From Sphingomonas sp. 32-66-10 (lineage in GTDB: Bacteria; Pseudomonadota; Alphaproteobacteria; Sphingomonadales; Sphingomonadaceae), in contig NCEF01000007.1 of the NCBI GenBank assembly GCA_002280565.1, forward strand, positions 16,138-80,137: a stretch of DNA of 64,000 bases, in the 5' to 3' direction. Position numbers and translations under genes: made by a program. This document shows, piece by piece, positions 19,737 to 32,257 of this stretch; position 1 is the stretch's first letter, and every line of letters begins with the position of its first letter. The notes beneath the pieces were generated by a model. The model did no database searches. It saw only the letters and a program-made list of their open reading frames with translations, and was not told where the DNA came from.

Positions 19737-20336
19737 ATGAAGACCCGTGCAATGCTCGCCCTCGCTTTCTCCGCCGCGGCCATGGCCGGGTGTTCGACCA
19801 CCATGGGTGGCGGATCCGCCCCGGTCGATGTGACCCGATACCATCTGTCGCAGCCGATTCCCGCCGGCACGCTCGCGGTGCAGCCAGTAAGCGGCGGCAC
19901 CGCCGGGCCCGAGGCGCAGCTCTATCTCGACGCGGTCGCGGCGACGATGGGCGGGATGGGCTTCGCCGCCGCCACCGATTCGGCGAAGGCCGACTATCTC
20001 GCAACGGTCGATTTCCGGCGCACCGATCGCGGCCAGGTCCGTACCCGTCCGCCGGTAACGATCGGCATCGGCGGGGGAAGCTATGGCGGCGGGGTCGGGG
20101 TCGGCGCTGGCGGCAGCGTCGGCATCGGGAGCAAGACCAAGACCATCTACGCATCCGAACTCGCGGTGCAGTTGCGCCGTCGCGGCGACAATACGGTCAT
20201 CTGGGAAGGCAAGGCGATGACCGAGACGCTGGGCGCGAGCGATGGCACGCAACCTGCGGACACGGCCACCAAGCTGTCAAATGCCCTGTTCAAGGGCTTT
20301 CCCGGCCAGTCGGGGATCACTATCACGGTGAAATGA
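19737..20336 (+). CDS. DUF4136-like lipoprotein
   Basis: Lipobox MAGC, Gly-rich GIGGGSYGGGVGVG, VIWEGKA, LFKGFPG. Confidence 0.8.
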   Translation: MKTRAMLALAFSAAAMAGCSTTMGGGSAPVDVTRYHLSQPIPAGTLAVQPVSGGTAGPEAQLYLDAVAATMGGMGFAAATDSAKADYLATVDFRRTDRGQVRTRPPVTIGIGGGSYGGGVGVGAGGSVGIGSKTKTIYASELAVQLRRRGDNTVIWEGKAMTETLGASDGTQPADTATKLSNALFKGFPGQSGITITVK

Positions 20337-21451
20337 CCATTCATCTGAACGCCGCGTTCGACAGCGGGAACATTCGCCTGATCGGCATCGACGGGGACAC
20401 CGTCGATGTCGAGATCGTTACCGACCAACGGTCCGACTTCTTCCAGTGGTTCCACTTTCGCGTGGCGGGCGCAAAGGGTCGGACGCTGACCTTCCGGATC
20501 GTCAATGCGGGCAAGGCGGCTTATGCGTTCGGCTGGCCCGGCTATCGCGCGCGCGTCAGCACCGATCGCGACACCTGGCGCCTGACCGATGGCAGCTATG
20601 CCAACGGCGTCTTCAGCTTCACCCACAGCTTCGACAGCGATGTCGCGTGGTTCGCCTATTTCGCGCCCTACAGCATGGAGCGCCACGCCGACCTGATCGC
20701 GCGCATGGCGGCCATGCCCGGCGTGACGCATCGCGAGCTGGGCCAGACGCTCGATGGGCGCGCGATGGACCTGCTGACGCTCGGCACCGGGCCGAAGCAG
20801 GTGTGGCTCTATGCCCGCCAGCATCCCGGCGAATCGATGGCGGAATGGTGGGCTGAGGGCGCGCTGGAAAAGCTGACCGATCCCGACGACGCGACCGCGC
20901 AGGCGCTGCGGGCGAAGGCGACGTTCCATATCGTCCCCAACATGAACCCGGACGGCAGCTTTCGCGGCCATCTGCGCACCAATGCCGCTGGCGTAAACCT
21001 CAACCGCGAATGGCATGCCCCGACGATGGAGCAGAGCCCCGAAGTCTTCCTGGTCCGCGCGGCGATGGACGCGACCGGGGTCGATTTCGCGATGGACGTG
21101 CATGGGGACGAGGCGATCCCGGCGAACTTCCTGGCGGGGTTCGAGGGGATTCCGAGCTGGACCGACGCGCTGGGCGAGAAATATTATGAATTCGGCCGCC
21201 GCCTCGCCGCCACGACCCCGTTGTTCCAGCTCGAGAAGGGCTATGACAAATCGGCGCCCGGGCAAGCGAACCTGTCGATGTCGACCAACCAGCTCGCCGA
21301 GCGCTTTGGCGCGGTGTCGATGACGCTGGAGATGCCGTTTAAGGATCACGATCCCAGCCCTGATGCGGAATATGGCTGGTCGCCGGAACGGTGCAAGGCG
21401 CTGGCCCATGCCTGCCTCGACACGCTGGCCGGGATGATCGACGAACTCTAG
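20333..21451 (+). CDS. M14 cytosolic carboxypeptidase
   Basis: FDSGNI, WFHF, FAPYS, ARQHPGE, PNMNPDG, NLNREW, DVHGDE, TLEMP. Confidence 0.93.
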   Translation: MTIHLNAAFDSGNIRLIGIDGDTVDVEIVTDQRSDFFQWFHFRVAGAKGRTLTFRIVNAGKAAYAFGWPGYRARVSTDRDTWRLTDGSYANGVFSFTHSFDSDVAWFAYFAPYSMERHADLIARMAAMPGVTHRELGQTLDGRAMDLLTLGTGPKQVWLYARQHPGESMAEWWAEGALEKLTDPDDATAQALRAKATFHIVPNMNPDGSFRGHLRTNAAGVNLNREWHAPTMEQSPEVFLVRAAMDATGVDFAMDVHGDEAIPANFLAGFEGIPSWTDALGEKYYEFGRRLAATTPLFQLEKGYDKSAPGQANLSMSTNQLAERFGAVSMTLEMPFKDHDPSPDAEYGWSPERCKALAHACLDTLAGMIDEL

Positions 21452-21466
21452 AACGATGCGGGGGGA

Positions 21467-22234
21467 ATGATGATTGCACTGGCCATTACCGCAGCTGCGC
21501 TGACTCAGGCGGCGCTTCCCCCGAAGCTCGGCGAGCCGTGGATCGGCGCGGACCGAAACCAGCGCGAGGCCTCGATCGGACTGCAGATCGACCGTAGTGC
21601 CGAGCCTGATCCCGAATTGGTGCGCGGGCTGCAGATCAACTGGAAGGACTTTCCCTACCAGAAGGGGCGCTTCCCGATCGCGGTGACAGACGCGGACGAT
21701 CACAATGTTGCGGTCGGCATCATCCTCGACGTCGCCGCGACCGGCGTGCCGCAGTCCTGCCGCGTCGCCACGCCCAGCGGGAAGGCGGCATTCGACGATC
21801 ATGCCTGTCCGCATCTCATGCGCTATCTGCGTTTCTACCCGGCGTTGAGCCGGTCGGGCACACGGCTTGGCGGGACGCTGGCGATCCGCGTGCGCTACAG
21901 CGCTGGCCCCATCCGCGTCCAGACCGCAGCAGGGGGCGTCGTACTGATGCCCACGCGCCCGATGCCCAGGCCGCTCGCGCCGATCAACGCTGCAACCGTC
22001 GGGTTCGGACCGGGCGACGGCCTGCCCCCGAGCGTCGGCGGCACCAGCGGGTCGCTGAAGGTCGAGGCGGATGGCAGCGTCAGCGGCTGCATGCTCGCCG
22101 CGCCGACCCAGGTCGACGCCTTTGACATCAAGATGTGCGAGCGCCTGCGCGCGGTGAAGTTCGCACCCGCGCGGGAACGTGACGGGCGGGCGATTTCGGC
22201 GCGGTTCAGCTTCGGTGTGGCCCGCCCGCAATGA
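21467..22234 (+). CDS. Exported protein with two TonB C-terminal-like domains
   Basis: Two repeats of V-x3-G-x4-C...FD-x3-C...F-x-PA...G. Confidence 0.7.
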   Translation: MMIALAITAAALTQAALPPKLGEPWIGADRNQREASIGLQIDRSAEPDPELVRGLQINWKDFPYQKGRFPIAVTDADDHNVAVGIILDVAATGVPQSCRVATPSGKAAFDDHACPHLMRYLRFYPALSRSGTRLGGTLAIRVRYSAGPIRVQTAAGGVVLMPTRPMPRPLAPINAATVGFGPGDGLPPSVGGTSGSLKVEADGSVSGCMLAAPTQVDAFDIKMCERLRAVKFAPARERDGRAISARFSFGVARPQ

Positions 22235-22695
22235 TCATCCGCACCGGCCATCTCGATGACCCACAGGTGATCGCGCTGCTCGACCTGCATGCGCGCGAGA
22301 TGTCGGATCATTCGCCGCCGGGGACGTGCCATTTTCTCGACTTGTCGGGCTTAAAGACTCCGGACATCACCTTCCTGAGCGCCTGGGATGGCAACACCCT
22401 GCTCGGCGTGGGCGCGCTCAAGCAGCTCGATCCGGTCACCGGTGAAGTCAAGTCGATGCGCGCCAGTGCCGCCGCGCGCGGACGGGGCGTGGGGTTCGCG
22501 ATCCTCGACCGCATCGTCGGTCTCGCCCGCGACCGGGGCTATACTGCGCTCAAGCTGGAAACCGGCACCGGGCCATTGTTCGAGGCGGCGCATGCGCTCT
22601 ACCGCCGCTATGGCTTTGCTCCCTGCCCGCCCTTCGCCGGCTATGTCGAAACGGACTTCAATCGCTTCTATGCGCTCGCGCTAACCACCGCTTGA
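22231..22695 (+). CDS. GNAT N-acetyltransferase
   Basis: GEVKSMR, RGRGVG, LETG, LYRRYGF, PPFAGY. Confidence 0.92.
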   Translation: MIIRTGHLDDPQVIALLDLHAREMSDHSPPGTCHFLDLSGLKTPDITFLSAWDGNTLLGVGALKQLDPVTGEVKSMRASAAARGRGVGFAILDRIVGLARDRGYTALKLETGTGPLFEAAHALYRRYGFAPCPPFAGYVETDFNRFYALALTTA

Positions 22696-22729
22696 TCGGT
22701 GCCGGGCAGTTCCTGTATTGCGCCGCAAC

Positions 22730-23284
22730 ATGAGCACTCCCGACGCGTCGCCAAGCGACCAGCCCGTCCGCCTCAAGCCGCTCCCGCTGCTGATCTTTAG
22801 CTCGCGCTGGCTGCAGCTGCCGCTCTATGTCGGGCTGATCGTCGCGCAGTGCGTGTACGTATTCCTGTTCATCAAGGAACTGATCCACCTCGTCCAGCAC
22901 GCCTGGGAATTCACCGAACAACAGATCATGCTGGTCGTGCTCGGGCTGATCGATGTTGTGATGATCTCCAACCTGCTCGTGATGGTGATCGTCGGCGGCT
23001 ATGAGACGTTCGTGTCGCGGCTCGGTCTGAAGGGCCATCCCGATCAGCCGGAATGGCTCAGCCACGTCAATGCCGGGGTACTCAAGGTCAAGCTGGCGAT
23101 GGCGATCATCGGAATCTCGTCGATCCACCTGCTGCGCACCTTCATCGAAGCCGGCGCGATCGGCACCGCCACGGGTCGCGTTACCGAAACCGGCGTCATG
23201 TGGCAGACGATCATCCACATGGCCTTCATCCTGTCGGCGATCGGCATCGCGTGGGTCGACCGGATGACGCAGACGCGGAACTGA
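22730..23284 (+). CDS. UPF0114/YqhA-family membrane protein
   Basis: SRWLQLPLYVGL, LIDVVMISNLLVMVIVGGYETFVS, LKVKL, ISSIHLL. Confidence 0.9.
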   Translation: MSTPDASPSDQPVRLKPLPLLIFSSRWLQLPLYVGLIVAQCVYVFLFIKELIHLVQHAWEFTEQQIMLVVLGLIDVVMISNLLVMVIVGGYETFVSRLGLKGHPDQPEWLSHVNAGVLKVKLAMAIIGISSIHLLRTFIEAGAIGTATGRVTETGVMWQTIIHMAFILSAIGIAWVDRMTQTRN

Positions 23285-23319
23285 TCCAGCTTGTTCAGCT
23301 GCGCTGAAAGCGGCGCGCC

Positions 23320-23580
23320 TCAGTTCCAGTAATCGAGCATGTCGGCGGTGATCCAGCCGTTGACATAGTTGAGGTAGAAGGCCGCGAAGAGAACGGTCCC
23401 GACGATCGTCGTCCACTTCGCGATTGGCCCGGCATGAAAGCGCTGCGGTGCGCTTTCGGCCTGACCCCGCACCAGCGGGTCGCCCGCCTCTACCCCGGTG
23501 CGCGCAAAGAAGGGCAGCACCAGGAACAGGGCGAGGAACCAGAACAGGAAGTAGATTGCGAGCGCGCTGAACCAGTTCAT
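23320..23580 (-). CDS. DUF1467-family membrane protein
   Basis: AIYFLFW...VLPF...GQAESAP; lies downstream of rnj. Confidence 0.85.
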   Translation of the reverse strand: MNWFSALAIYFLFWFLALFLVLPFFARTGVEAGDPLVRGQAESAPQRFHAGPIAKWTTIVGTVLFAAFYLNYVNGWITADMLDYWN

Positions 23581-23589
23581 GGCGACGGT

Positions 23590-25230
23590 TTAAACCTCGA
23601 TCAGCATCACGTCCATGACCGGCTTTTTGCCGGTATAGCGCACCGCGACGCGCCGTGCGGCGAGCCGGATTTGCTCGCGCAGCTTGTCGCGGTCGCCGCC
23701 GCGCGCTTCGCTCACCGCCTTAGCGGCGGCGTCGCTGGCATCGGCGATCAGCGCGTCGCGATCCTCTTCGGCCGGAACGCCCTGGATGGTCACCTCGGGC
23801 TGACCAGCGAGCTTGCCATTGGCCTTGATCGCCACGGCGACCGACATCTGGCCATAGAGGCCGAGCTTGCGCCGTTCGTTCATCGTGCTGCCATCGGCGG
23901 GCAGGATCACGTCGCCGTCGAGCACCAGCCGTCCGGCGGGCGCGTTGCCGACCTTTTTCGGCTTGCCCGGCGCGAGGCGGAAGATCTCGCCATTATTCTG
24001 CACGACCGCATTGGGGATGCCATGCGCGCGGCCAAAGCGCGCTTGCTCCGCGATATGGCGCATCTCGCCATGGACGGGAACGAGGATGTCGGGCCGGATC
24101 CAGTCATACATCGCGGCCAGCTCAGGCCGGCCAGGATGGCCGGAGACGTGGACGAATGCCTGACGGTCGGTGATCATTTCGACCCCCTTGCCCGCCAGCA
24201 CGTTCATGATCCGCCCGATCGCCATTTCGTTGCCGGGAATCTGCTTGGACGAGAACACGACGGTGTCGCCGGATTCCAGCTTCAGCTGGTGCGTTTCGTC
24301 GGCGATGCGGGCGAGCGCGGCGCGCGGTTCGCCCTGCCCGCCGGTGGCAATGATCATCACCTTGTCGCGCGGCAGCTTCATCGCGGTCTCAAAATCGACC
24401 GTCTCGGGGAAGTCGCGCAGATAGCCGGTGGCCTTGGCCACGCGCAGGATGCGGTCGAGCGAGCGGCCCGCCACGCACATTGCGCGCCCGGTGTCCTTCG
24501 CGACCTCGCCCAGCGTCTGCAGCCGCGCGGCGTTGGAGGCGAAGGTGGTGACGAGCACCCGGCCCTTGATGCCCGCGACGACCTCATCGAGCCCTTCACG
24601 GACGGCGGATTCGGAGCCGGAAGCTTCGGGATTGAAGACGTTGGTGGAGTCGCAGACCAGCGCAAGCACGCCGTCGTCGCCGATCGCGGTCAGTTCCTCG
24701 GCGGTCGATGCGCCGCCCATCACCGGCGTCTCGTCGATCTTCCAGTCGCCGGTGTGGAACACGCGGCCATAGGGCGTGTCGATCAGCACCGCGTTCCCCT
24801 CAGGGATCGAATGCGCGAGCGGGAGATAGCGGATGCCGAACGGGCCGATCTGGAACGGCTCCTCTTCGCGCACGACATTCAGTTCGACGCGGTCGGCGAT
24901 GCCCTCCTCGTCCAGCTTGCCGTGGATCAGGCCCGCGGTGAACGGCGTCGCATAGAGCGGCACGCCCAGCTCGCCCGCGAGATAGGGCAGCGCGCCGATA
25001 TGATCCTCATGCCCATGGGTCAGCACGATGCCGAGCAGGTCGTCCAGCCGCTCCTCGATAAACTGCAGATCGGGCAGGATCAGGTCGATACCGGGATAGT
25101 CGGGGGTGCCAAAAATCACGCCGCAATCGACCATGATCCACTTGCCCTGACAGCCATAGAGATTGACGTTCATGCCGATCTCGCCCGAGCCACCGAGCGC
25201 GAGGAAGAGGAGTTCGTTACCGGGGGTCAT
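23590..25230 (-). CDS. rnj: Ribonuclease J
   Basis: LGGSGEIGMN, THGHEDHIGA, HTGDWK, TGGQGEP, HVSGH, PVHGE. Confidence 0.96.
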   Translation of the reverse strand: MTPGNELLFLALGGSGEIGMNVNLYGCQGKWIMVDCGVIFGTPDYPGIDLILPDLQFIEERLDDLLGIVLTHGHEDHIGALPYLAGELGVPLYATPFTAGLIHGKLDEEGIADRVELNVVREEEPFQIGPFGIRYLPLAHSIPEGNAVLIDTPYGRVFHTGDWKIDETPVMGGASTAEELTAIGDDGVLALVCDSTNVFNPEASGSESAVREGLDEVVAGIKGRVLVTTFASNAARLQTLGEVAKDTGRAMCVAGRSLDRILRVAKATGYLRDFPETVDFETAMKLPRDKVMIIATGGQGEPRAALARIADETHQLKLESGDTVVFSSKQIPGNEMAIGRIMNVLAGKGVEMITDRQAFVHVSGHPGRPELAAMYDWIRPDILVPVHGEMRHIAEQARFGRAHGIPNAVVQNNGEIFRLAPGKPKKVGNAPAGRLVLDGDVILPADGSTMNERRKLGLYGQMSVAVAIKANGKLAGQPEVTIQGVPAEEDRDALIADASDAAAKAVSEARGGDRDKLREQIRLAARRVAVRYTGKKPVMDVMLIEV

Positions 25231-25254
25231 CTGATCTTTCGTTATTATGTACCG

Positions 25255-25363
25255 TCGTCACCCCGGCCTTGTGCCGGGGTCCACCGGGAGGCCAGCGCAA
25301 GACAAGAGGCTTAGGGGCCGGGCGTAGGGACAAGTGGACCCCGGCACAAGGCCGGGGTGACGA
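25255..25363. repeat. CGTC-tagged paired palindrome (REP dimer)
   Basis: 30-bp perfect inverted arms TCGTCACCCCGGCCTTGTGCCGGGGTCCAC, each itself a hairpin, around a 49-bp spacer. Confidence 0.9.
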
Positions 25364-25368
25364 GAGGT

Positions 25369-26139
25369 TCAAGCCCCCACCCGCTCCCACAGCATCGCCA
25401 GCCCCTGAATCGTCAGGTCGGGCTCAATCACGTCGAACACATCGGTCTGCTTCTCGAACAGCACGGCAAGGCCGCCGGTAGCGATCACCTTGACGGGGCG
25501 GCCGATCTCCGCCTTCATCCGGCCGACCAGGCCCTCGATCATCGCGATATAGCCCCAGTAGATGCCGATATGCATCTGATCGACCGTGTTCCGGCCGATG
25601 ACGCTGGTATTGGCCGGAGCCTCGATCGCGATGCGCGGCAGCTTGGCGGCGGCGGTGACCAAAGCGTCGAGCGACAGGTTGATGCCGGGCGCGATGATCC
25701 CGCCCTTATATGCCCCGGTATAGTCGGCGACGTCGAAGGTCGCGGCGGTGCCGAAATCGACCACGATCAGGTCGCCGGGATGGTTTTCATGCGCCGCGAT
25801 GATGTTGAGCGCACGGTCGGCGCCGACGCTCTGCGGCTCCTCGACATCCAGCGCGATCGGCCAGCCGTCGCGGCCGGCGACCAGCGGGGTGCAGCCGAAA
25901 TATTTCTGCGACAGCACCTCAAGATTGTGGAGCGCGCGCGGGACGACGGTGCCGATGATGACGCCGGTGACGACGCTGCGCTCATAGCCCTCCAGCGCGA
26001 GCAGCTGGCTCAGCCATACGGCATATTCGTCGGCCGTGCGGCGCGGATCGGTGGCGATGCGCCAGCGCGCCTTGATCTCACGGCCCTGAACGAGCGCGAA
26101 AACGATGTTGGTGTTGCCGGCGTCGATCGCGAGCAGCAT
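25369..26139 (-). CDS. coaX: Type III pantothenate kinase
   Basis: [31 protein letters not shown]. Confidence 0.95.
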   Translation of the reverse strand: MLLAIDAGNTNIVFALVQGREIKARWRIATDPRRTADEYAVWLSQLLALEGYERSVVTGVIIGTVVPRALHNLEVLSQKYFGCTPLVAGRDGWPIALDVEEPQSVGADRALNIIAAHENHPGDLIVVDFGTAATFDVADYTGAYKGGIIAPGINLSLDALVTAAAKLPRIAIEAPANTSVIGRNTVDQMHIGIYWGYIAMIEGLVGRMKAEIGRPVKVIATGGLAVLFEKQTDVFDVIEPDLTIQGLAMLWERVGA

Positions 26140-26180
26140 GGCGTTCTCCAGTCAGGTGCCCAGCACCCATAATCCTCTTG

Positions 26181-26234
26181 GTGGCTTTGTGTCTTTGTGC
26201 GAGTCAAATTTCGCGCACAAAGACACAAAGCCAC
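26181..26234. repeat. Inverted repeat built from an internal CACAAAGA-type tandem unit
   Basis: GTGGCTTTGTGTCTTTGTGCG...CGCACAAAGACACAAAGCCAC, 21-bp perfect arms. Confidence 0.85.
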
Positions 26235-26240
26235 GACGAC

Positions 26241-26932
26241 TTAGAGCAGGAAGACGTCGCCTGCGTGGATTAGCTCGACCCCGGCCTGCGTGCGAAGCAT
26301 CAGCGCGCCTTCGGCGCTCAGCCCTTCGAAAAGACCATCGGTCGACGTTCCGTCAGGCAGGCGCGCGGTTAGCGCGGTCCCTGTCGGATGCGCGCGGTCG
26401 AGCCAGCGCTGGCGAACCGGCTCCAGCCCCTCGCCGCGCCAGCGCGACAGCCAGCGGGCAAAACTCTCGGCCAGCACATCGGCAAAGGTCGCGGCATCCA
26501 CCATGGCCCCGTGCGCGGCAAGGCTTGTCGCGGGGCGGTCAGGCAGGTCAGGGTGATGCGCCAAATTGACGCCAATGCCTACCACGACCGCGTCCCCGGC
26601 GCGCTCAAGCAGCACGCCCGACAGCTTCGCGCCGTCGATCAGCAGATCGTTGGGCCATTTGATCGTCGCGCCCGTGGGGAGAAACACGCGTACCGCCTCT
26701 TCCAGCGCCACGACCGTGACCAGCGCCAGCGTCGGCGCGGGCGGGTCGGTCGGGCGCAGGCGGACAAGCGTGCTGCCGTAGAAATTACCGACCGGAGATT
26801 CCCACGCCCGGCCCTGTCGCCCCTTGCCCGCCGTCTGGCGCCCGGCGAGAAGCCAGCTGCCCTCGGCGGCGCCCGCCGCAGCGAGCGCCAGCATATCGGC
26901 GTTGGTTGAGCCCGTCTCCGCGACGGTACGGA

Positions 26933-26936
<4 letters not shown>
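26241..26936 (-). CDS. birA: Biotin-protein ligase (no HTH)
   Basis: ETGSTN, QTAGKGRQGRAW, IKWPND, KLSGVL, GIGVN. Confidence 0.95.
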
Positions 26937-28386
<1,450 letters not shown>

Positions 28387-28387
<1 letters not shown>

Positions 28388-29934
28388 CAGTGTGCCGCTC
28401 CATGCTCGGCAGATTTATGCTCTGGCGCATGCGCGGCCTTGGCAGCAGCGGGATTGCCGGGGGTCGGCAGGCTGTCGCCCGCCGGACGCGCGCGCTCGAT
28501 CCGGGCGAGCAACGTTGCAACGTCGGCGCGCATCGGGGCGAGGAAGCTCTCCGGATATACGCCCATCCACAACACCACCGCCGCGATCGGCGCGAGCAGC
28601 GCCATCTCGCGCTTGTTGAGGTCAGGCATCGCCTTGACGTCATCCTTGGTCAGATCACCGAACACCACGCGGCGGTAGAGGTAGAGCATATAGCCCGCGC
28701 CCAGAATGATGCCGGTGGTCGCGATCAGCGTCGCCAGCGTCGACACCTGGTACGTGCCCATCAGCGCCAGCAACTCGCCGACGAAGTTGCTCGTGCCTGG
28801 CAGGCCGACCGACGCCATCGTGAACAGCATGAACAGGATCGCATATTTCGGCATGTTGATCGCAAGGCCGCCATAACGGTCGATCTCACGGGTATGCAGA
28901 CGGTCGTAGATCACGCCGACGCACAGGAACAGCGCGCCCGACACCAGGCCGTGGCCCAGCATCACCATCATCGCGCCCTCGATCCCCTGCCGGTTGAAGG
29001 TGAACAGGCCGAGCGTCACGATCGCCATGTGCGCGACCGACGAATAAGCGATCAGCTTCTTCATGTCGCTCTGCACCAGCGCGATCAGCGACGTGACCAC
29101 CACCGCGATGCACGACAGGCCGAACACCAGCCAGATCAGCTGCGCCGACGCCTCCGGGAACATCGGCAGGCTGAAGCGCAGGAAGCCATAGCCACCGAGC
29201 TTCAGCAGCACGCCCGCCAGGATCACCGACCCGGCGGTCGGTGCCTGAACGTGCGCGTCGGGAAGCCAGGTGTGGACTGGCCACATCGGCATCTTCACCG
29301 CGAACGACGCGAAGAAGGCGAGCCACAGCCAGGTCTGGACCCCGGCGGGGAAGTCGTACTCCATCAGCTCGGGGATCGACGTCGTGCCCGCGGTGATGCT
29401 CATGTACATCATCGCGATCAGCATCAGCAGCGAGCCGAGCAGCGTGTAGAGGAAGAATTTATACGACGCATAGATGCGGTTCGCCCCGCCCCAGATGCCG
29501 ATGATCAGGAACATCGGGATCAGGCCGGCTTCGAAGAACATGTAGAACAGGAAAATGTCCTGCGCCGCGAAGGTGCCGATCATCAGCACTTCGGTGATCA
29601 GGAACGCCGCCATATATTCCGGCACGCGCTTTTCGATCGCGGTCCAGCTGGCCCCGATGCAGATCGGCATCAGGAAGACGGACAGCATGATCAGCAGCAG
29701 CGCAAAGCCGTCGATGCCCAGCGCCCATGCGAAGCGGCCGAACACGGGCGTGTATTCGACGAACTGCCATTGCGGCCCGCCAATCTCGAAATTCGCCCAC
29801 AGCACGCCGCCGAGCACCAGGTCGATCAGCGTTGCGATCAACGCGATCCAGCGCGCATTGTTCGCGGTGGTGAACAGGCATGCGACCGCCGCGACCAGCG
29901 GCACGATCAGCATGATGGAGAGAATGCCGCTCAT
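28387..29934 (-). CDS. nuoM: NADH-quinone oxidoreductase subunit M
   Basis: [30 protein letters not shown]. Confidence 0.97.
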
Positions 29935-31952
29935 CGCGTGATCACCCAGGTAACGGCTGCGGTCAGGCCGATCAGCATGACGAACGCATAGCTATAGACA
30001 TATCCGGACTGGAGGCGCCCGCTCCACACGCCCGCAAAGCGGACCACAGCAGCGGAGCCGTTCGGACCGAAGCGGTCGATCGTCCCCTCATCGCCCTGCT
30101 TCCAGAACAGACGGCCGAACCAGAAGGCGGGCTTCACGAACAGCACATTGTACAGCTCGTCGAAATACCACTTGTTCAGCAGGAACCGGTAGAGCAGGCG
30201 GAAGGTGCTGGTGAACTGGCCCGGGATGTCCGGCTTCCAGATATAGGCAACCCATGCGCTGAACAGGCCGAGCAGCATGACGATGCTGGCCGACAGCTTC
30301 ACCCACAGCGGCACTTCATGCATCGCGTGCGCCAGGTGCGTGTCGAACGCGACCGCGCCCTTCCAGAAGATCTCGCCAGCCTCGGGCTGGATGAAGAACT
30401 TGTTGAACGCGTAGCCCGCGAACACCGCGCCGATCGACAGGATAATCAGCGGGATCATCATCGGCAGCGGGCTTTCGTGCGGATGATATCCGCCGGTGCC
30501 GTCCGCCGTCTCATGCGCGCTCGGGCCATGGGCGTGCGGCTCGTGGCCTGCATCTTCCTGCAGAATATGCTCCGACTGCGTCCAGCGCGGCTTGCCGAAG
30601 AAGGTCAGGAACATCAGGCGCCAGCTGTAGAAGCTGGTGAGGAGCGCGGCGAACACGCCGACCCAGAACGCTGCCTGACCGTCACCGCCGGCTGCGTACG
30701 CTGCCTCAAGGATCGCGTCCTTCGAGTGGAAGCCCGCGAACCCGGCATGGAGCCAGTAGATGCCGACGCCGGTAATCGCGAGCGTGCCCGCCATCATCGT
30801 CCAATAGGTGACCGGAATGTGCTTCCGCAGGCCGCCATAGTAACGCATGTCCTGCTCATGGTGCATCGCGTGGATCACCGAGCCGGCACCCAGGAACAGC
30901 AGCGCCTTGAAGAAGGCGTGGGTGAACAGGTGGAACATCGCCGCGCCATACATGCCGACGCCCGCGGCGAAGAACATGTAGCCGAGCTGCGAACAGGTCG
31001 AATAGGCGATGACGCGCTTGATGTCGGTCTGCGTCGTGCCGACGGTCGCGGCGAACAGACAGGTCGCGGCACCGATGAAGGTGACGAAGCCGAGTGCGAT
31101 CGGCGCCTGTTCGAACAGCGGCGACAGACGGCACACCATGAACACGCCCGCGGTGACCATCGTCGCCGCGTGGATCAGCGCCGATACCGGGGTCGGGCCT
31201 TCCATCGCGTCGGGCAACCAGGTGTGCAGGCCGAGCTGCGCTGACTTGCCCATCGCGCCGACGAACAGCAGCAGGCACAGCACGGTCAGCGTGTCGACGC
31301 GATAGCCGAGGAAGCCGATCGTGCTGCCGGCCATCCCGGGCGCGGCTTCGAGGATCTCGGGGATCGAGATCGTGCCGAACACCAGGAACACGCCGAAAAT
31401 GCCGAGCATGAAGCCGAGGTCGCCGACGCGGTTGACCACGAACGCCTTGATCGCGGCGGCATTGGCCGACGGCTTCTTGAACCAGAAGCCGATCAACAGG
31501 TACGACGCGAGGCCGACGCCTTCCCAGCCGAAGAACATCTGTAGCAGGTTATCGGCGGTCACCAGCATCAGCATGGCGAAGGTGAACAGCGACAGATACG
31601 CGAAGAAGCGCGGCTGATCCGGGTCCTCTTCCATGTACGACCAGCTGTAGAGGTGGACCAGCGCCGAAACGCTCGTCACCACCACCAGCATCACCGCGGT
31701 CAGGCTGTCGACGCGCAGCGCCCAGTCGACCATCAGGTCGCCCGAGTTTATCCAGGTCAGTACCTTGATGACCTGTGGCTCGGCCGTGCCGTTCAGGAAC
31801 GGGATGAAGGTCATCCAGCTGAGGATCGCCGCGACGAACAGGCCGCCGGTTGTGACGATCTTCGGGAATGCGGTGCCGAACGCGCGGTTGCTAAAGCCCG
31901 CGACGATCGCTGCCAGCAGCGGCAGGAATGTGATGAAATGGATCGAAGACAT
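29931..31952 (-). CDS. nuoL: NADH-quinone oxidoreductase subunit L
   Basis: [42 protein letters not shown]. Confidence 0.97.
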   Translation of the reverse strand: MSSIHFITFLPLLAAIVAGFSNRAFGTAFPKIVTTGGLFVAAILSWMTFIPFLNGTAEPQVIKVLTWINSGDLMVDWALRVDSLTAVMLVVVTSVSALVHLYSWSYMEEDPDQPRFFAYLSLFTFAMLMLVTADNLLQMFFGWEGVGLASYLLIGFWFKKPSANAAAIKAFVVNRVGDLGFMLGIFGVFLVFGTISIPEILEAAPGMAGSTIGFLGYRVDTLTVLCLLLFVGAMGKSAQLGLHTWLPDAMEGPTPVSALIHAATMVTAGVFMVCRLSPLFEQAPIALGFVTFIGAATCLFAATVGTTQTDIKRVIAYSTCSQLGYMFFAAGVGMYGAAMFHLFTHAFFKALLFLGAGSVIHAMHHEQDMRYYGGLRKHIPVTYWTMMAGTLAITGVGIYWLHAGFAGFHSKDAILEAAYAAGGDGQAAFWVGVFAALLTSFYSWRLMFLTFFGKPRWTQSEHILQEDAGHEPHAHGPSAHETADGTGGYHPHESPLPMMIPLIILSIGAVFAGYAFNKFFIQPEAGEIFWKGAVAFDTHLAHAMHEVPLWVKLSASIVMLLGLFSAWVAYIWKPDIPGQFTSTFRLLYRFLLNKWYFDELYNVLFVKPAFWFGRLFWKQGDEGTIDRFGPNGSAAVVRFAGVWSGRLQSGYVYSYAFVMLIGLTAAVTWVITR

Positions 31953-32257
31953 CAGCCCTTCATCCGATTGACGTCGTCGACCGAGATCGTGCCGCGGCCG
32001 CGGAAATAGATGACAAGGATGGCGAGGCCGATCGCGGCCTCACCCGCCGCAACGGTCAGCACGAACATCGCGAACACCTGCCCCACCAGATCGCCGAGAT
32101 ACGACGAGAAGGCGACGAGGTTGAGATTCACGCTCAGCAGGATCAGCTCGATCGCCATCAGGATGACGATGAGGTTCTTGCGGTTCATGAAGATGCCGAG
32201 CACGCCCATGGTGAACAGGATCGCGCTGACGACGAGATAATGGGTGATTCCGATCAC
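31952..32257 (-). CDS. nuoK: NADH-quinone oxidoreductase subunit K
   Basis: [20 protein letters not shown]. Confidence 0.97.
   Translation of the reverse strand: MIGITHYLVVSAILFTMGVLGIFMNRKNLIVILMAIELILLSVNLNLVAFSSYLGDLVGQVFAMFVLTVAAGEAAIGLAILVIYFRGRGTISVDDVNRMKG

Noticed and set aside
19706-21451. 581-aa fusion ORF for the M14 peptidase, and similar long N-terminal extensions of tkt, the Kef antiporter, DUF1244, nuoB and nuoF
   Set aside because: The extensions overlap other real genes or promoters in another frame; downstream starts fit homology and RBS or overlap patterns.
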